NCBI GenBank assembly: GCA_950097015.1
Contig: CATNEN010000039.1
Location: 682,001 to 746,000 of the forward strand
Direction of reading: 5' to 3'
Length of the DNA stretch: 64,000 nucleotides
From: Macrostomum hystrix
Lineage: Eukaryota; Animalia; Platyhelminthes
Below the pieces are notes generated by a model that saw only the letters and a list, made by a program, of their open reading frames with translations, was not told where the DNA came from and did not search any database. Position numbers and translations under genes: made by a program. Shown here one piece after another: positions 13,800 to 26,784 of the stretch (position 1 is the stretch's first letter; each line of letters begins with the position of its first letter).

Positions 13800-14062
13800 T
13801 GACCGTTCACCTATTCGTGCTCTGCCCACAGCTTGAAGTAGGTGGCCTGACGCAGACAGCACTTTGTCCGCTGAAGCTGGCAAAGCGTTCCATGTGTTAT
13901 TAGACGCATGTTGACGCTGACCATGCGTCCCTCATCAAAGAGTAGCTTGATCAGAAGGTAGAGCTGCAACTGTCCGCGTTGAGCGCGACTGTTCAGCATC
14001 TGATGATAGCCTTCGAGATCGTTGTTTGGTCGAGTAGCCTGACCAAGTACTTGACTCCAGGG
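13800..14062 (-). mobile_element. MULE (Mutator-like) transposase C-terminal fragment
   Basis: RPNNDLEGYHQMLNSRAQRGQLQLYLLIKLL aligns with the RTNNDVEGWHNRLNRKARRGSLPFYCLLQLI segment at ~18355-18450. Confidence 0.75.
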
Positions 14063-14111
14063 ATCAACTCCTGAATAGCATTTTAAAATTATTTAAAATG
14101 ATGAATATCAT

Positions 14112-17100
14112 TGTAGTGCCGTTGAGTGAGTAAGGAACGTGGCCTCTTGGGCCGTATATTTGAGTTCTTATATAGTCGCAGCCACATAGTGGCTGCCGAC
14201 GTGCAGCCCAGTCATGAGCGCATTACGTAACACCTACATGCCAAGAGCAGTGCACGTTGACAGTGACGCTATGCCAGCGTGGGAGGGAGAGTGCAACACA
14301 GTGCACTACATCTCTCCCCCTCAGAGTAAAAAAAGGTCAAACGCGCGGCGCATTTAGTGGGTCTTGAAAAATCGGAACGCAAAATAAACCGAAAATAGTT
14401 CCATGGAAAGATGCCTGTCAGACCCTGTCACTACAGTCACTCCTTATAGCAGATGTGCCTCTTAGCCTGCCTGGGGTGGGGCCTCTGCGCTATGGCCACG
14501 TCCGTGGCGCCGCCGTCTGTGGCGGGCTGCGGATCAGCGGGCCGGCCGTCCAGCGGTTCGTCCGGCTCCCAGGGGCACTCGCGCAGCGGCTTGGTCTCAG
14601 TCACGTGCCGCCGCAGCACGGCCTCGCCTCTCTCCAGCGTCAAAGCATCGCCGTGGACCGCTTTGACGAGCCAGGGGCGCGGGTCGAACGGGCACCGCAG
14701 TTTGGCCTGCCGCGGTTCCTGAGCAGCACACGGGCGCCCGCCGAAATGCCGTGTGGCGCTGCCGCTCGTCGCGTGTCGGCCGCGCGGCGCATCGCCTGCT
14801 TGTAGCTGCGGTCATGTCGCTGCAGCTGCCGTCCGGCGTCGCCCAGCTGCTCCGCGGCGCCGGCAGGCAGAAGATCGCCGACGGCCCTGTTGAACATGAG
14901 GTCGTTGGGCGAACGGCCCGTGCCGCGGTGCACCGAGTTGCGGTAGCCGAGCAGCCACTCATGGATGGCCCGGCGCCAGTCCTTGCCCTCCGCTGCCGCG
15001 GCGTTGACACACTTGTTGAGGCTGCGGTTGAATCGCTCGACCTCGCCGTTCGCTGCCGGGTAGAGTGGGGTGACCCTGCGGTGCTGGACTCCGAGGCCAT
15101 CGAGGAACTCCTTGAACTCCTCGCTCGTGAAGTAGTTCGCGTTGTCCGTGGTGATCTGCTGTGGCACGCCGAAGCAGCTGAACGAGGCCATGGCGCAGGT
15201 GATGATGCTGGTGCTCGTGAGGCTGCGCACCACGTATGTGTCCGGGTACCGGCTGAAGTAGTCCACCAGGACCACCACGTTCTCGCCAGTATTAACGGTC
15301 CGCAGACGTCCACGCTCAGCGATTGCCACGGCCCCGAGGGCAGCGGTGTCGGCTGCATCGGCGGCTGATTGACGGCGCCGTCCGGTCGAGCCGCCTGGCA
15401 CGGGCGGCAGTGGGAGACAACGGCCTCGACCTGCTGTGTCATGCCGGGCCACCAGACCTTCCGCTGCAGCCGGTCGCACGTTTTCTTCTGGCCGAGGTGA
15501 CCCTGGTGCGCCAGTGCGATGGTCAGCTGCTGCAGCTCCGCCGAGATCACGATCTTGCTGCCCCGGAGCAAGACGTCGTCGTGGACGCTGAGCTCATCCT
15601 TCAGGGACCGGAAGCTGTGCGCCGGGGCCGCGGCGCCGCAGCGCCAGTGGCCAGTCGCTAGGGCTTGCATGACGACCGTCAGAGCGGGGTCTCTCTTGGT
15701 TGCAGCGCGAATCCTGTCCATCGTCAGGCCCTTCGGTGTCGCGGCCCGGACCACGGCGTTGAGCAGCCTGGTCTCCGCGGCCACGTCCCTGCCCGGCGAA
15801 GTCTCCGGCAGCGGGTTGCGGCTCAGGGGATCGGCCGGATTGTCCTCGCCCTTGCGGTAGTGCAGCGTGAACGAGAAGTGCTGCGTCTGTAGCATGATGC
15901 GCTCGAGTCGCGGCGGCGGCCGGGAGTCTGGCCTGTAGATGCCCAGCAGCGGCTTGTGGTCGGTGTAGACGTCGAAATGAGGACAGCCCTCCAGGTAGAA
16001 CGCGAACTTTACGCAGCCGAACTTGACGCCCAGGGCCTCGCGCTCGATCTGGCTGTAGCGCCGCTCGACCTCGCTGAGGGTGCGGCTCGCGTAGGCCACC
16101 GGCCGGGTCTGCCCACCGGGGTGCCGCTGCTGCAGGATGGCGCCGACGCCAACGGGCGATGCATCGACCACTAACTCTGTTGGCAACTGCTTGTCGAAGA
16201 AGGCCAGGGTGCAGCTCTCCGAGATGCAGTCCTTGACGTTCTGGAAGGCCTGCTGCTGCTCGCTGTCCCAGACGAACTCCTGGCCCTTCCGTGTCAGCCG
16301 CCTGAGCGGCTCCGCCTTGTCCGCTAGCTGCGGCATGAAATTCTCCAGGTGGTTGGCCAGGCCGAGGAACGACCGGACCTCCTTGACGGACTGTGGGTCT
16401 TTGAAGGCTTGCAGCTCGGCGATCTTCTCTTGAGATGGCTGGATCCCAAACTTGGACAGCGTCATCGCCATGAACTTGGCCTTGCCGATCCCCCAGCGGC
16501 ACTTGCTGCCGTTGAGGGTGATGCCGTGCTCTCGCAGTCTGGCCAGGCAGGCTGCCACGTGAGTCTTGTGAGCCTTCAGGTCTCGGCTGTGGACGATGAT
16601 GTCGTCGTGGATCCACTTAACACCCGTCAGGCCCTCCAGCACTCGCTGCATCACACGCTGTAGGATCTCCGACGCGGAGGCGAATCCCATGCTCAGGCGA
16701 GTCAACTGCCGCATTCCTCGGGGCGTTGAGAACACGAAGTACTTCCGGCTGTCCTCGCTGATTTCAATCTGGTGGAATGCTTTGAAAATGTCGAGCTTGC
16801 TGAAGATCGATGAGCCAGCCATGTCGCTTGTCGCCTCCTCGAATGTCGGGATCTGGTGTCGCTCCCTCAGCGCCGCCTTGTTCACGTCGCGCAGATCCTG
16901 CGTGATCCGCACGCTCTTGCCGTCCTCCATCGGCACCACGACGATGCGGCTGACCCACGGCGTGGGGCCCTCGACTGGCTGGATGATGCCCAGCTGCTCT
17001 TGCTCGTCTAGCTCGCGGTCCAGCGCCTCCCGGAGGTGCACCGGAACGCGGGAGGGCGGGTGGCAGATTGGCCTGGCGTCGGATTTGATGTTGATCTGCA

Positions 17101-17235
17101 CAGAGACGTCCTTGACCTTTCCGAGGCCTCTGAAGAGCTCGGGAAATTGCCTGACGACCGCCTGGATCGCGGGGTCCTCCATCTCGGTTGCCTCGATCGC
17201 ATGGACCTGAGGCCCTAGGCTCAGGAGCCCGATTG
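14112..17235 (-). mobile_element. 5'-truncated Ty3/Gypsy LTR retrotransposon: end of protease, RT, RNase H, integrase, PPT and 3' LTR
   Basis: RT (PWVSRIVVV, SKLDIFKAFHQI, WIHDDII), RNase H (VDASPVGVGA, YSQIEREAL), HHCC finger, and integrase core shifted to a second frame near 15295. PPT at 14311-14322 abuts the LTR at 14112-14310, which has tgtagtgc...gcactaca ends. Confidence 0.93.
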
Positions 17236-17589
17236 TATTGTTTGTTTGTCAAGGAACTTCTTTTGGCACAACTTTTTCAGTTTTGTTAACTTTCTAAACA
17301 ACGACGCTATGGCACGAATTCAACTTATACAGTATTTACAACACAGATGAGCATAATAATGCTACATGGACTACTAATAGTGCTAATAGTGCTACTAACA
17401 GTCCTTAAAATGAGTTGAAGCCTAAAGGGCTGTACATCTGTAAGTTATCTTTCGTCATTCGATGAGAATCAACAATTCAATGCCTGTGCATTTAGCTATC
17501 CGTCGCGCATAAAATAACTGCTTAATTTTACAATTAGATATACAGCAAAATATTTTTCTATGGGGGCTGAGAGGTGGCATGACATATAT

Positions 17590-19108
17590 GCATGTAGCTG
17601 AAGCTCCAAGCTTGCCCAACCCAAGAAATTTGGAGCGGATGGGCCGACGAGCGCGGCAAGCGGCTCGGCCGGAAGAACCAGCCAATTTGGACTTTGACAT
17701 CAAGAAGCAGCTGTGCCTCTGCATTTGCGCCTAAGCGACGTCCGTGCAAATGGACACCGACACATTATCGTGTACTCCGAGGCTGGCATCCGGCATCTCG
17801 CTGCTCCAAAAACCTGGTTCATGGATGGAACGTTTTACGTTGTTAAAGAACCATTTTATCAGCTGTTTACCATTCACGCCTTCCTAAAATCTAACGACAA
17901 TGCCAAGCAACTGCCACTATTGTATGTCCTGATGAGCCGACGCCGAAAGAGCGACTACAAGCTGGTGCTACGCCGTATTCTACAGCTTATGCCAACTGCC
18001 CCTCGACTCCAATCAGTTGTCACTGACTTCGAGAAGGCGATCTGGAGCGCCTGCAAGTCGGTTCTGCCAGACATGCACATTCGTGGATGTTCTTTCCATT
18101 TCCGGCAAGCACTGATGAGGCACCTTCAAGAGGCTGGGTTGCAGGTGGCCTACCGAACCAATGGCACCGTGAGACATTATTGCCGAAAAGTAATGTCACT
18201 TTCCTGTCTGCCGCCTCAGCACGTCTCCCAGGCGTTCGCAGAGTTACATCGCCAAGCCACTAGTCCGCCTCTAGTACGCTGGATGGCGTACATCGAGAGA
18301 ACGATGGCGCCCTGTGGCCTCCGAGCTGCTGGTCCACCTACAGGCAGCTGTTCAGGACGAACAACGATGTCGAAGGCTGGCACAACCGCCTGAACCGAAA
18401 AGCTCGTCGTGGCTCACTGCCGTTCTACTGCTTGTTGCAGCTCATCGGTCAGGAGTGCAAGCATATTCCACTGACGGCGCGGCTGCTGACGGAGGGCAAA
18501 GCTATTCGGCTTAAGCGAAAGGCTCACAGAAGCGCCCAAGAGCAGCTGGAGGCATTATGGAACCATTTCAATCGCACGGCAGCCGATTCCATAGCAGTAA
18601 ATGCCTTCTTGGACTCTGCAGCCGAACTCATCGGCAATACTCGTAACGGCAAGTGAAATGCGCTCATCGGCGGTACTGAACTATTCGCATTGGTGCAGAA
18701 TATTCACGTTTTTTAACATTTTTTGTTGTCTGGGGCCAGTGGCTTACCTAGGGGGGACCGGGGGGTCATATATTATGGGGGATAAACATATCCCCCAATT
18801 AGAATATCCATTTACTAAATTCGATAGGTCACTGTCTGGGCCATTGCGTTTTTACATTTATACACAAAATACCAAGTCCTCTTCTTTTATTACTTTTATA
18901 CTGCGCAAAAGTCAAATTCAAATTCGTGCTTTCCGTCGTCGCTATCAAATAAAATTAACAACTCTTAAATAAATTAGAAATTAGCCATAAGAATACCGCT
19001 TTAAATAAGTATGTTGTGAGTTTGGGGCCGAACTGGTTTGAGGCCGAAACGGTTTGAGGCCGAAACGGCTTTTGGCCGAAACGCCTATGGCCGAAACGAC
19101 CGGTTACC
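17590..19108 (+). mobile_element. MULE transposase pseudogene with right TIR
   Basis: LPNPRNLERMGRRARQAARPEEPANLDFDI, WFMDGTF...FYQLFTIH, VTDFEKA, GCSFHFRQA and RTNNDVEGWHNRLN, with frameshifts. Subrepeated TIR (ggccgaaacg)n ending ...ggttacc at ~19025-19108. No left TIR found. Confidence 0.88.
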
Positions 19109-20045
19109 TTAAGTCCACTATATGTAAGCATGCCATCTAAAATCTAGTAGGACTACCTAAGTATTTAAGTGAAATACTAAGTAAAGCAATATTAAAATGT
19201 TTGGCATTCTTTTTTAATAGTTTGTTAAACTATTTATCTGAAAAGTTTCATTTCAGATGAAATGAACATTTCATTATATCAAATAGTTGTAGAAGAAACA
19301 ACAATTCCGTAACTGTAGGACTTCATATTTTGTTACTTATTAGGCCTAGGCCTAGGCCTATAAGTTGTGAAACAGTTTCAAGCACAACACTGTTCACACA
19401 GTGAAGCATCTCCAAAACAAGGCACTATAGAAGATCTTGAGGGAGTTTTTGACATGTAGCAGACAGAGCATTGTATAGCCTAACTTGGTGATGTTTTGTG
19501 AGGGTTGTCCTTCCAAATCAAGTGCTTTCGGTGACCTAAGGGTTATCAGTCCATTTTTTGACAACTCACCTTGTCTTTAGTGACAATAATTTCTGCATCA
19601 TTCTATTTTATAATGGCAATAATTATTAGGGGCCTAATTAAGTAAATTATTTATGCCTTTCCCAATTTAATTTATTTAAAGTGGCAATTTTTTTCTAGTT
19701 GTCTTGTTTTAATTCACCACTTCATTTTGGCAACATAAATTCATTTAGGTAGGAAAAAACATTATTAAGATTGAAAGACCTTCAGTTTGGTTCAGTTCTT
19801 GTTGTGTTATATTTAAAGCAGTAGGCCCCTAATGTCTAGCCATTCATTAATGTTGGCAATTTGGCATTAACAAAAAGTAAACAAGCTTGAGAAATGAAAA
19901 TAGTGATGTATAATAAGATAAATGAGACTCTAGCTTTTACACACATTGTAAAGATGCAAATGTCTAAATGTGCTAGTCAATTTAAACAAATGTAACTAAA
20001 GCAATAGTTTTTTAGAAGACATTTTCAATTTAATATAATAGAAGC

Positions 20046-20536
20046 GGCAATGTTCTACTTCCATTCGTTATATTATTTTTTTGTTTGCAAACAACAGATA
20101 ACGACAAAAAACAAGTTTAATGGTAACAAAAAGTCAGTAGTTTGGTCAGACAGTTCTGAAAAGTCTTGGTCAGTCTTTCTCTTCAAACCTTCAAACTTTG
20201 TTCAAACCGGGTAAGTGCCTAATCCAGTAGAGGAGGGCACCGAAGCTATTCTTGGGGTATAGATAGCGCCATAAGAATTCTTCGAGGTGGCTTTTGAATA
20301 GAGCAGCACTCGTGCCAAGCATTTGACGCAGCTTGTCCTTCGCAAAATCTTCAGCTGCAGAATTTCTGTGCCTTAGCTTCCTGTTCCCCCATATTTGCCA
20401 GATTTTTCCATAGACATAGATCCAAGTGTCAAGTCACGGCAAAGCCACGTCAGCACAACTTTTTCAAACTCAGAATGCACGTGAGGCATGAATTCAAACG
20501 AATAAATAATATAACGAACGGAAGTAGAACATTGCC
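20046..20536. mobile_element. MITE with GG-ended ~32-bp TIRs and 8-bp TSD (Merlin-like)
   Basis: TIRs ggcaatgttctacttccattcgttatattatt / aataatataacgaacggaagtagaacattgcc. TSD atagaagc at 20038-20045 and 20537-20544. Confidence 0.92.
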
Positions 20537-20659
20537 ATAGAAGCTCTATATATACAATTTTACTAAATAGTCACTGTATATTTAGCTTGATATTACTATA
20601 AATAACAAAATTACAATTGTCGCTGAAATTGTTGTCAGAAAATTGACTTGTTGCCAAAG

Positions 20660-21775
20660 TGGACCAGATTTGACCCAAGACATTCTTTTAGGTTCATGTT
20701 TGGAGGTCAAGATGGCCAATATAGGTATATATATCTGCTTATTTAAACAGATTCATAGTAGTTGTGTAATATGGAGGTGCATTGTTATCCTAATAGACAC
20801 AGTGCTATGCCATATCCATGAAGTTTAGCAGAGACATTTGCAAAAGATTGGTATACAATGCAGCAGTAATAGATGGAGGTAGATGTTAAATGAAAGGTGA
20901 TGCTTGCCCACATATATATGGATACAGACTGGCATTCTTTTCTCTGTGTGTTGTGGCAGCATTTCCTAATGTGGCCACCACCACACAAAAATGTCCTATT
21001 GGTATATATGTTAAAAAACCTACATGCATGTTTTAGAATTGAGAAGGATTGAGAAAGGTGTGCTTTAGCCCAGCGCTTAGTGCCTAGTACCTAGAACAGA
21101 ATGCCATCACCATGTTTTCAACCATTTGTGCCTGTCTTTCAGGCCAGCCATGCCTCTGCTGGCTGCCCATGAGTGCTTTTTGAGCAGCAGGTAAGTAAGA
21201 AGTGTGAATTACTGGCCCCTGTGTGCCCATGCGCATGCTGCATTTTTGAAAATCCCAAATGCATGCCAGATATTGTCTGCAGATTTTCAAAATTATCCAA
21301 AGGGCACAATGCACCTGTCTGCTTGAAGCAATTGTCTGTGAAGACTATTCTTTGCAACTGCTGCAGCCTCCAATGTGCTCTCTGCATTACTCATTGTTCT
21401 TGACTAGCAATATGTGCATGCGTCATATGAGTCCATGATTGGGGAATTTTGCATGAGCACATCCCAGATTCCAAGGGTTGAGGAGAAATGGTTAGGGTGC
21501 TAGAAACATTTGCTCTTGGGCTTCTTTTGTTCAAAATTCAACATGGTAAAGTTTTTGGCTTAGTTGGTGTTGGTCTTCTTATCATTGAGTTGTTATCTGT
21601 AGGTGCCCTAAGTCACATGTGTCATGCTTCCTGTTTGCAGGGACATAGATTGCAGTTCTCAAATTGCTGTACATGCAACCTCCCAAAAAGGGAGCAATGG
21701 GTCAGATTGACAGTCCAGCATCAAGCATACCAACAGCACGCATTCTCTTTAAGTCAGTCATTTGATTCACCATTG
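20660..21775 (-). pseudogene. Heavily decayed Tc1-like transposase
   Basis: Ordered remnants on the minus strand match Tc1 motifs: MTDLKRMRAVGMLDAGLSI (HTH), RAHWRLQQLQRIVFTD (first D), SVSIYMWASI, *DNNAPPY, and WPS*PPNMNLKE (cf. WPxxSPDLNPIE). Confidence 0.65.
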
Positions 21776-22460
21776 TGATTTCGTCTCTGTAATTTGCAGT
21801 CCCTTGAAACTTCTCCTTGCATCAAACCCATTCATTCTTCTGTTTAGTTTATCTTCTAAGCTCTATGTTTAGAATTCATTTCATAGATTCATTCATTGTC
21901 TATGACCAAAACTTAGCCAAAACATAGCAACAGCAGATCTTGCCACTTTTTGTGGCCATATGAGGGTGGAAACTAAAAAATATGGCTGAGTGTAAGTACC
22001 ATGACAATGTGTGTGAATTATTATTGTATTAAGTCAAATTTGAACATGACTAGGCTATGGCTGGCCATAACTTAATCATTAACTTTTTATGTAACATGCT
22101 AATCATATTTTGATGAAGAGCTAGGCTAAAGTTAAACAAAATACCACATGGAAGGCTATATATTATCCTGCAAAACTACATTACTTTGAAAGCATTACCT
22201 ATTATAATAAAATAGGCCCTAACAAGTTCACAGCCAAAGCTAGTAAATAAATATATAGTAAAGGGACAAGTCCCAACAGACGAAGTTTTTTAAATGGATA
22301 ATTGAAATTATATGCACTAAAGATAAATTTCCAGCCAATGATATACGCACAATGGCGTATTCAGTACTGTAGTTTTTAGTAGTGGTGCACTTTAGCTAAA
22401 TCCTTATGTCGTAAAATCAGTACTCAGTACTCCAAGCTAATCTTCAGCAATCAAGCACAC

Positions 22461-25400
22461 ATGTCGGTGCACAGAAAACTGACGCAGCCCAGGGAGCCCG
22501 CTGAGTCACCACTGACTGCGCCCGACGAGTACGACTTCGACTCCTCCGATGACGAAGACATTCGCAACACGGTCGGCAACGTGCCGATGCATTGGTACAC
22601 CAAGTACCCCCACATCGGATATGACACGGAGGGTAGGAAGCTGATCAAGCCAGATGTGGGCGATCAGGTTGACGACTTCATGGCCAAGATGGAGGACCCG
22701 GAGTACTGGCGAACTGTCATCGATCCCAAGACTGGCCAGCGGGTGGTTCTGTGCGACGAGGACGTCCAGCTGGTCAAGAGCATTGTGCAGGGACGCGTGC
22801 CTGATCCCAGCGTGAATCCCTACGAAGATCACGTGAGTTTAATAGCCCGCCCATACTACTGGCACAAGTGGCATTGTTTGAAAGTAAGCTACGAGTATAT
22901 TTCATACTGAATTGACTCGCTATTGGTTGAAGCTAAGCTAAGAATTAAAGCTAAGACGGGATATAACGGCAGAAAAATAAGGGCATTTCATTTTAGATGA
23001 ACTAATATGGGATTAGATTGGGATGTACAATTTGAGGATCAGTTTTAGGATAAAACATTTGGGATGTTTGGGGATTTGTTTTCTGATAAACAGATGTTGG
23101 AATTGATTTAGGACAAACAGTAATGGTGATGGATTAAAGATTGATCAATGAACAATTTAGAATTAACATTTAACAAGTTAGGGATTGAATAGAAGACAAA
23201 GTGCTGTGGGATAATTTGTTGGCTTGGCTAAGGGGATTCGAATCAGTTAATTTAAGTTGTCTATTATCAATCCCAGTAGATGGCCAAATTTGTTATACTT
23301 ATGCGATATCCCGCACACAGACGGACTGGTTCACCTCTGAAACCATGGAAACACCGGTGACAGCCCACCCGCCCAACAAGAGCTCCTTCGTGCCGTCCAA
23401 ATGGGAGCGCCTTCGCGTAGGCCGCATGGTGCACGCCATCAAGATGGGCTGGATGCTGACTGGCGAGCAGCGCGCCGAAGCACGGCGCCAGCGGGAGGCC
23501 GCAGCCCGGGCCGACTGCGACTCGCGCTTCTACGACATCTGGGACCAGCAGGACGGCGAGCAGGACGAGGCGATTCGGCGGAAGCTGCCTTACATTCGGC
23601 CTCCCAAGAAGGTTGGATGCGATAACTGCTGGGTGGAATGCGATGACTGATAGTGGCATGCGATAGCTGCTGGTTGGAATGCGATGACTGATAGTGGCAT
23701 GCGATAACTGCTGGGTGGAATGCGATGACTGATAGTGGCATGCGATAGCTGCTGTGTGGAATGCGATGACTGCTGGGTGGAAGGCGATGACTGATAGTGG
23801 CATGCGATAGCTGCTGTGTGGAATGCGATGACTGCTGGGTGGAATGCGATGACTGATAGTGGCATGCGATAGCTGCTGTGTGGAATGCGATGACTGTTGG
23901 GTGGAAGGCGATGACTGCTGTGTGGAATGCGATGACTGCTGGGTGGAAGGCGATGACTGCTGTGTGGAATGCGATGACTGCTGGGTGGAGGGCGATGACT
24001 GCTGGGTGGAAGGCGATGACTGCTGGGTGGAATGCGATGACTGCTGGGTGGAGGGCGATGACTGCTGGGTGGAAGGCGATGACTGCTGTGTGGAATGCGA
24101 TGACTGCTGGGTGGAAGGCGATGACTGACAGTATCAATGTAATGATAGCTGAGATTTAAGGAGGTCTCATGTAGCGTGAAAAATTTCCGAATGAACCGCC
24201 GCAGGCGCCGCCTACTCACTACGAGAGCTACAACCCGCCTGAGGAGTACCTGTTCGATGACGACGAGCTGGAGAAATGGCGCCAGCAGGAGGACTATGAG
24301 CGCCGCGTCAACTTTGTCCCCACAAAGTACGCCGCCCTGCGCCGCGTGCCCGCGTACCCCGGCTACACGCCCGAGCTGTACGAGCGCTGCCAGGATTTGC
24401 ACCTGGCTGCCCGCGTTGTGCGCCATCGGGTCAGCATGGATCCGGAGGATCTGCTGCCCAAACTGCCGGCTCCCAGGGATCTGCGGCCCTTCCCCCATCT
24501 GCGCGTGTTACAGTACCGAGCCTGGCCGGAGGAGGCCCCGCTGCCCGTCACCGCCTGCTCCGTGGATCCCAGTGGACAATGGCTGGCTGCCTCCGGTGCC
24601 GGCGGCCGTCTAGCCGTGTTCGAGCTCGGCACCGGCCATCGGGTCTGGTCCGCCCAGCTCGAGACCGAAGAGGATGGCGGCCTGGCCGCTGCGGCCTGGA
24701 ATCCCTGCCCCGACAGGCCGTGCATCGCCGCCGGCGGCGCCCGCCTGCACTTGCTGGCCACGGATCGGTAGGGCACCCTGCGGCATGCCATCCCACTGCC
24801 CCATCAAAGCCCTCCGGCTCAACCCACCAGCTCTCAACCCACCAGCTCTCAACCCACCAGCTCTCAACCCACCAGCTCTCAACCCACCAGCTCTCAACCC
24901 ACCAGCTCTCAACCCACCAGCTCTCAACCCACCAGCTCTCAACCCACCAGCTCTCAACCCACCAGCTCTCAACCCACCAGCTCTCAACCCACCAGCTCTC
25001 AACCCACCAGCTCTCAACCCACCAGCTCTCAACCCACCAGCTCTCAACCCACCAGCTCTCAACCCACTAGCTCTCAACCCACTAGCTCTCAACCCACTAG
25101 CTCTCAACCCACTAGCTCTCAACCCACCAGCTCTCAACCCACTAGCTCTCAACCCACTAGCTCTCAACCCACCAGCTCTCAACCCACTAGCTCTCAACCC
25201 ACCAGCTCTCAACCCACCAACTCTCAACCCACCAACTCTCAAACCACCAGCTTTCAATCCACCAGCTCTCCACCCGCCAGCTAGCTCTCAACTTCCCTCC
25301 TGATGCACCTGCTACCCACAGTTGCGATCGCCTTCTGGCCTCCCGATTCGCCGAGGCCTGGTCAGCCGTCTCTAGCGACCAGCAGCAAAAGCAGCAGCAG

Positions 25401-26719
25401 TCAGCTGCTACATGGCACATCGCCCAGAGCGACACGCAGGCGTTATCGACAATGGCAACCGTGTCTCTTCCGGCTTCTCAGGGCGGCGTTCGCCAGGTGG
25501 CCTGGCACCGGCAGGGCGACTATTTCCTTACCGTGTCGGACAGCGGCGCCTTGCTGGTGCACCGCCTGACCTCTCGCTCTAGCCAATCACCGCTAAATGG
25601 CGCTGGCAAGAAGGCAGCCTCCGCTGCCGTCTGCTGCGCCCAGTTCGACCCGGTCAAACCGGTGCTGTACGTGGCCGAGAAGGCCAGAATACAGGTGAGT
25701 ACAGTGACCTTGTGTTTCTTAGATTTTACGGATCACTGTGTTCGAAATCACTATTAATAGAATCAGTATCAATGGGCTCATTATCATTAGGATCAGTATC
25801 CATGGGATCAGAATCAATGGGATCAGAATCAATGGGATCAGTACCAATGGGATCAGTACCACTGGGATCAGTACCAATGGGATCAGTACCACTGGGATCA
25901 GTACCAATGGGATCAGTATCAATAGGATCAGTACCAATGGCGATAAGTACCAATGGGATCAGTACCAATGGGATCAGTACCAATAGGATCAGTACCAATG
26001 GGATCAGTACCAATGGGATCAGTACCACTGGGATCAGTACCAATGGGATCAGTATCAATAGGATCAGTACCAATGGCGATAAGTACCAATGGGATCAGTA
26101 CCAATGGGATCAGTACCAATGGGATCAGTATCAATAGGATCAGTACCAATGGCGATAAGTACCAATGGGATCAGTACCAATGGGATCAGTACCAATGGGA
26201 TCAGTACCAATGGGATCAGTTTCAATGTGATAAAAAATTATGGGATAACCTGAAAATTCTCCCTCCAAGGTGTACGACCTGGCCAAGCTCACCAAACTCA
26301 AGACGCTCAGGCCGAATGCGCGGCCCCTGAGCTGCCTGAGTGTGCACCCCACCGGCAGTCACCTCCTTGCCGGCAGTCTGGACAGCCGCTTGGCCTGGTT
26401 CGACCTTGACCTGGCCTGCACGCCCTACAAGCAGCTGCGCATTCACACAGATGGCGTGCGCCAGTGTGCCATTCACCCCGTGCTACCGCTGAGCGCTTCC
26501 GTCAGCGACGACGGCAGCTGCCTGGTGCTACACAGCCGAGTGTACGCTGACCTTCTGGAGAACCCGTTGCTTGTGCCAGTGAAACGCCTGCGCGGTCACC
26601 AGATCAACTCTGCCGACTCGGCCGGAGTTGTGCGCGTCACCGCGTGCGACTTTCATCCCCGACTGCCCTGGCTAGTGACTGGCGGCTCGGACGGCCGCAT
26701 CGTCTTCTATTCGTCTTGA
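22461..26719 (+). CDS. BOP1: Ribosome biogenesis protein BOP1/Erb1. Exons 22461-22832, 23321-23611, 24205-24767, 25322-25694, 26270-26719 (an upstream exon is possible)
   Basis: DSSDDEDIRNTVGNVPMHWY, FVPSKWERLRVGRMVHAIKMGW, HYESYNPPEEYL, ERCQDLHLA, LPKLPAPRDLRPFP, and WD40 repeats ending DLLENPLLVPVKRLRGH...FHPRLPWL. Phases are consistent. Confidence 0.96.
23618..24128. repeat. 21-bp-based minisatellite (gcgatgactgctgggtggaat) in BOP1 intron 2
   Basis: Seen directly; begins within ~6 nt of the donor. Confidence 0.95.
24818..25290. repeat. 15-bp minisatellite (aacccaccagctctc) in BOP1 intron 3
   Basis: Seen directly. Confidence 0.95.
25760..26225. repeat. 15-bp minisatellite (gggatcagtaccaat) in BOP1 intron 4
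   Basis: Seen directly. Confidence 0.95.
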
Positions 26720-26784
26720 TTGACAGCTTCTGCTGCACCTCGGATGTGAATTGTTAATGCGTCCTTTGGCCGTCTGTCTGATCC

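Noticed and set aside
14751-17252. Many overlapping alternative-frame and antisense ORFs over the Gypsy pol
   Set aside because: Shadow ORFs expected in GC-rich coding DNA
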